Assembly (NCBI GenBank): GCA_026914245.1
Contig: CP110439.1
Span: forward strand, 2,914,001-2,978,000
Source: Puccinia triticina
Lineage: Eukaryota
Length of the DNA stretch: 64,000 nt
Direction: 5' to 3'
The notes beneath the pieces were generated by a model that ran no database searches, had not been told where the DNA came from, and saw only the letters and a program-made list of their open reading frames with translations. Positions 61,927-64,000 of this stretch are shown piece after piece. Position 1 is the stretch's first letter. Every line of letters begins with the position of its first letter. The position numbers were made by a program, and so were the translations under genes.

Positions 61927-63195
61927 GGTGTTCGAAGTTGACTTGCATAAAATCATAACACCATAAAATCATAACACCATAAAATCATAAAGTTTCAAGC
62001 TGAAAAAATAGGGGGGTTCACAATTGAAATTTACAAAACTTTGGGACAAATTTTAAGGTGTTTATGAACATTTTTTAAAAAAATTGATAGATTGCACTGA
62101 TTAGGGGGGTTCACAATTGAATTATTTAAAACTTTGGAGGTCAATTTAAGACCTTTATGAACATAATTTTAAAATTTTGGCAAGATGTCCAGCAAAAGGT
62201 GGGACTGATCAATCAGTGCAACTTATCAACTTTTTAAAAATATGTTCATAAACAGGTTAAAATGCAAGCTTAAATAGGCCTCCAGGCGGGAGCGGGAGCG
62301 AGCAGCGGAGCTGTCCACACCAGTGGAGGCCTATACCGTAAGTCGGGATTCCCGCATGATGAGTTTTTTGATTTCGCGGGAAAACCCTCTTTTTTGACTT
62401 CCTCCTCCTGTACCCGCTTCCTTGATCCTATCCACCTAATCTCCTTGGCAGACAATGAAGGCCTGCTTCTTGTCTTTCTTTTGGTGTTATGTATCATGTT
62501 GTACTGGTCCTCACTGATTTTATAATTATTTTTGAAAACTGTCTTTTTTCAGCTCCTGAGGACTTGTTTTGGTGTGTTGAACCGCTCGTTTGAGCAGAAA
62601 AAAGTTCAAAGTGTGATTTTATAAAAATCATTATAAAATCACAAGGTTATGTAGTTTTCGAGTTTGGGTTGGATGAACAGGAAGATGCAGCTCTTCCATA
62701 AACTCTGCTCAGACATCCTCAAAGTTTTGAGGACATTGTGTAATTTGAGGCTGAAGTTTTCTCCCACCAAAAGGTGGGAAACTCATCACACAGGTTTGCC
62801 GACCTAAGGCGCAAGTCCCCCCTGTGGGGGGGTTTGCTTCGCAAACCAACCAGCCAGCCAAATGGCTGGCGCACCCCGCAGCAGGGGACTTGTGTTAAGT
62901 TTGGTTAAAATGGGTCCTAAAGTTTTACAAATTTCAATTGTGAACCCCCCTATTGATCAGTATCACCTGCTGCTGTGCATTTTCCCAAAATTTTAAAACT
63001 TTGTTCATAAAGGCCTTAAATTTGGCTCCAAATTTTAGTAAAATTCAATTGTGAACCCCCCTAATATGTATCTACCATCCAAACACTCACTCCAGAATCC
63101 AAATAGAGCAATATTTCTACAATGGTACATAAAAAATCATCACTTGCAAGTCTTATGATTTTATGTATTAAAAATTTGTGATTTCAACTTTGAAC
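61927..63195. mobile_element. Triple-nested MITEs
   Basis: Host is a copy of the 38894 MITE; insert 62010-63062 (TIR AGGGGGGTTCACAATTG, TSD AAT); inner insert 62103-62951 with the same TIR and TSD ATT. Confidence 0.85.
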
Positions 63196-64000
63196 TACAG
63201 CATATCCCAGGAGGCTTTTGGGAATCACTCACATTTACAAGATTTTTTTACACCACCATAATCTTCAGCCTTGCATCCTGTACAAATAGCTATGCAGGAT
63301 GTGAAATGGCTGCTGAGGTCCAATGGCAGCATCCATGACCTGCTTGCCTTGGTCAATGCCTTCCTGTGGTGAGCCCACCACCCCAGGTCCAATTAACTCT
63401 CCAAACTTGAATCTCAAAATTGTAAAAGTTACAATCTATGCATAGGGATGGTCAGGCACTGTCTGAGATTTGTTGTGACATGTATGTAGTTCTTGACTAC
63501 TACAACTGTCACAGCACTCTTGATCTGTGTGATTTTCTTACTGTGTAATAAAAGCATTGATTCTCCCAAGCTCACTCTCCAACAAGATTCTACCAAAAAC
63601 TATACGGGTACCTGGGTATCAGAAATTTTCACTCACTCACATAAATACAGCTGAACTTCAACGTAACCAGGATTGTACTGGATTACTGTCAGCCTTAGAG
63701 TCAACACAGTTGACCTAAAACTGCCTTTTATCTCCATTTTATACCTAAATGTGCTCATATCTTTTTAACCTTAAGACATAAGGTTGTTTTGACTTCAGAT
63801 TCTGATTTCTCATGCAATTTTGACCCTAGTTTTCACTGATCACTTTACAATATCTCTACTCCTTCATAGAGTTTGTGGTTTGTGACACACATGCGCAGCA
63901 GCGCCGTGTAGTCGTGCCTGAGCGCTCCCAACCACATGTACATGTGTGATTATGTCATCCAACTTTGAAAATTTTCGAAGTCAGGATCCCCCATGCAGCT

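Overview
Eukaryotic, intron-rich fungal DNA, most consistent with a rust fungus (Pucciniales); the organism is inferred. About 1-33.5 kb is a nest of transposons. It holds a near-intact Ty3/Gypsy element (2607-11026; gag-pro and pol joined by a -1 frameshift, pol broken by a mariner-type MITE) and a related solo LTR. A second, degenerate Gypsy is split by a non-autonomous Helitron carrying a BET3 gene fragment; the Helitron is split by a Copia, and the Copia by a CACTA-like element. Foldback MITEs and an hAT remnant are also present. About 34-61.5 kb is gene space: GEMIN2-like, tRNA-Ala(CGC), COX13, OAC1, a degenerate secreted-protein gene, FAM210/DUF1279, QNS1, a micro-exon CBP4, a catalytically degenerate Harbinger-derived gene and SRO7/Lgl. 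Main oddities: four dispersed, conserved, structured GT-AG intron-like cassettes in the Gypsy element; tRNA-Tyr priming signals in two elements (a 51-nt extended PBS and a half-tRNA PBS); Gypsy insertion into CCGG sites of a palindromic repeat array. All calls were made by eye, with no database searches.
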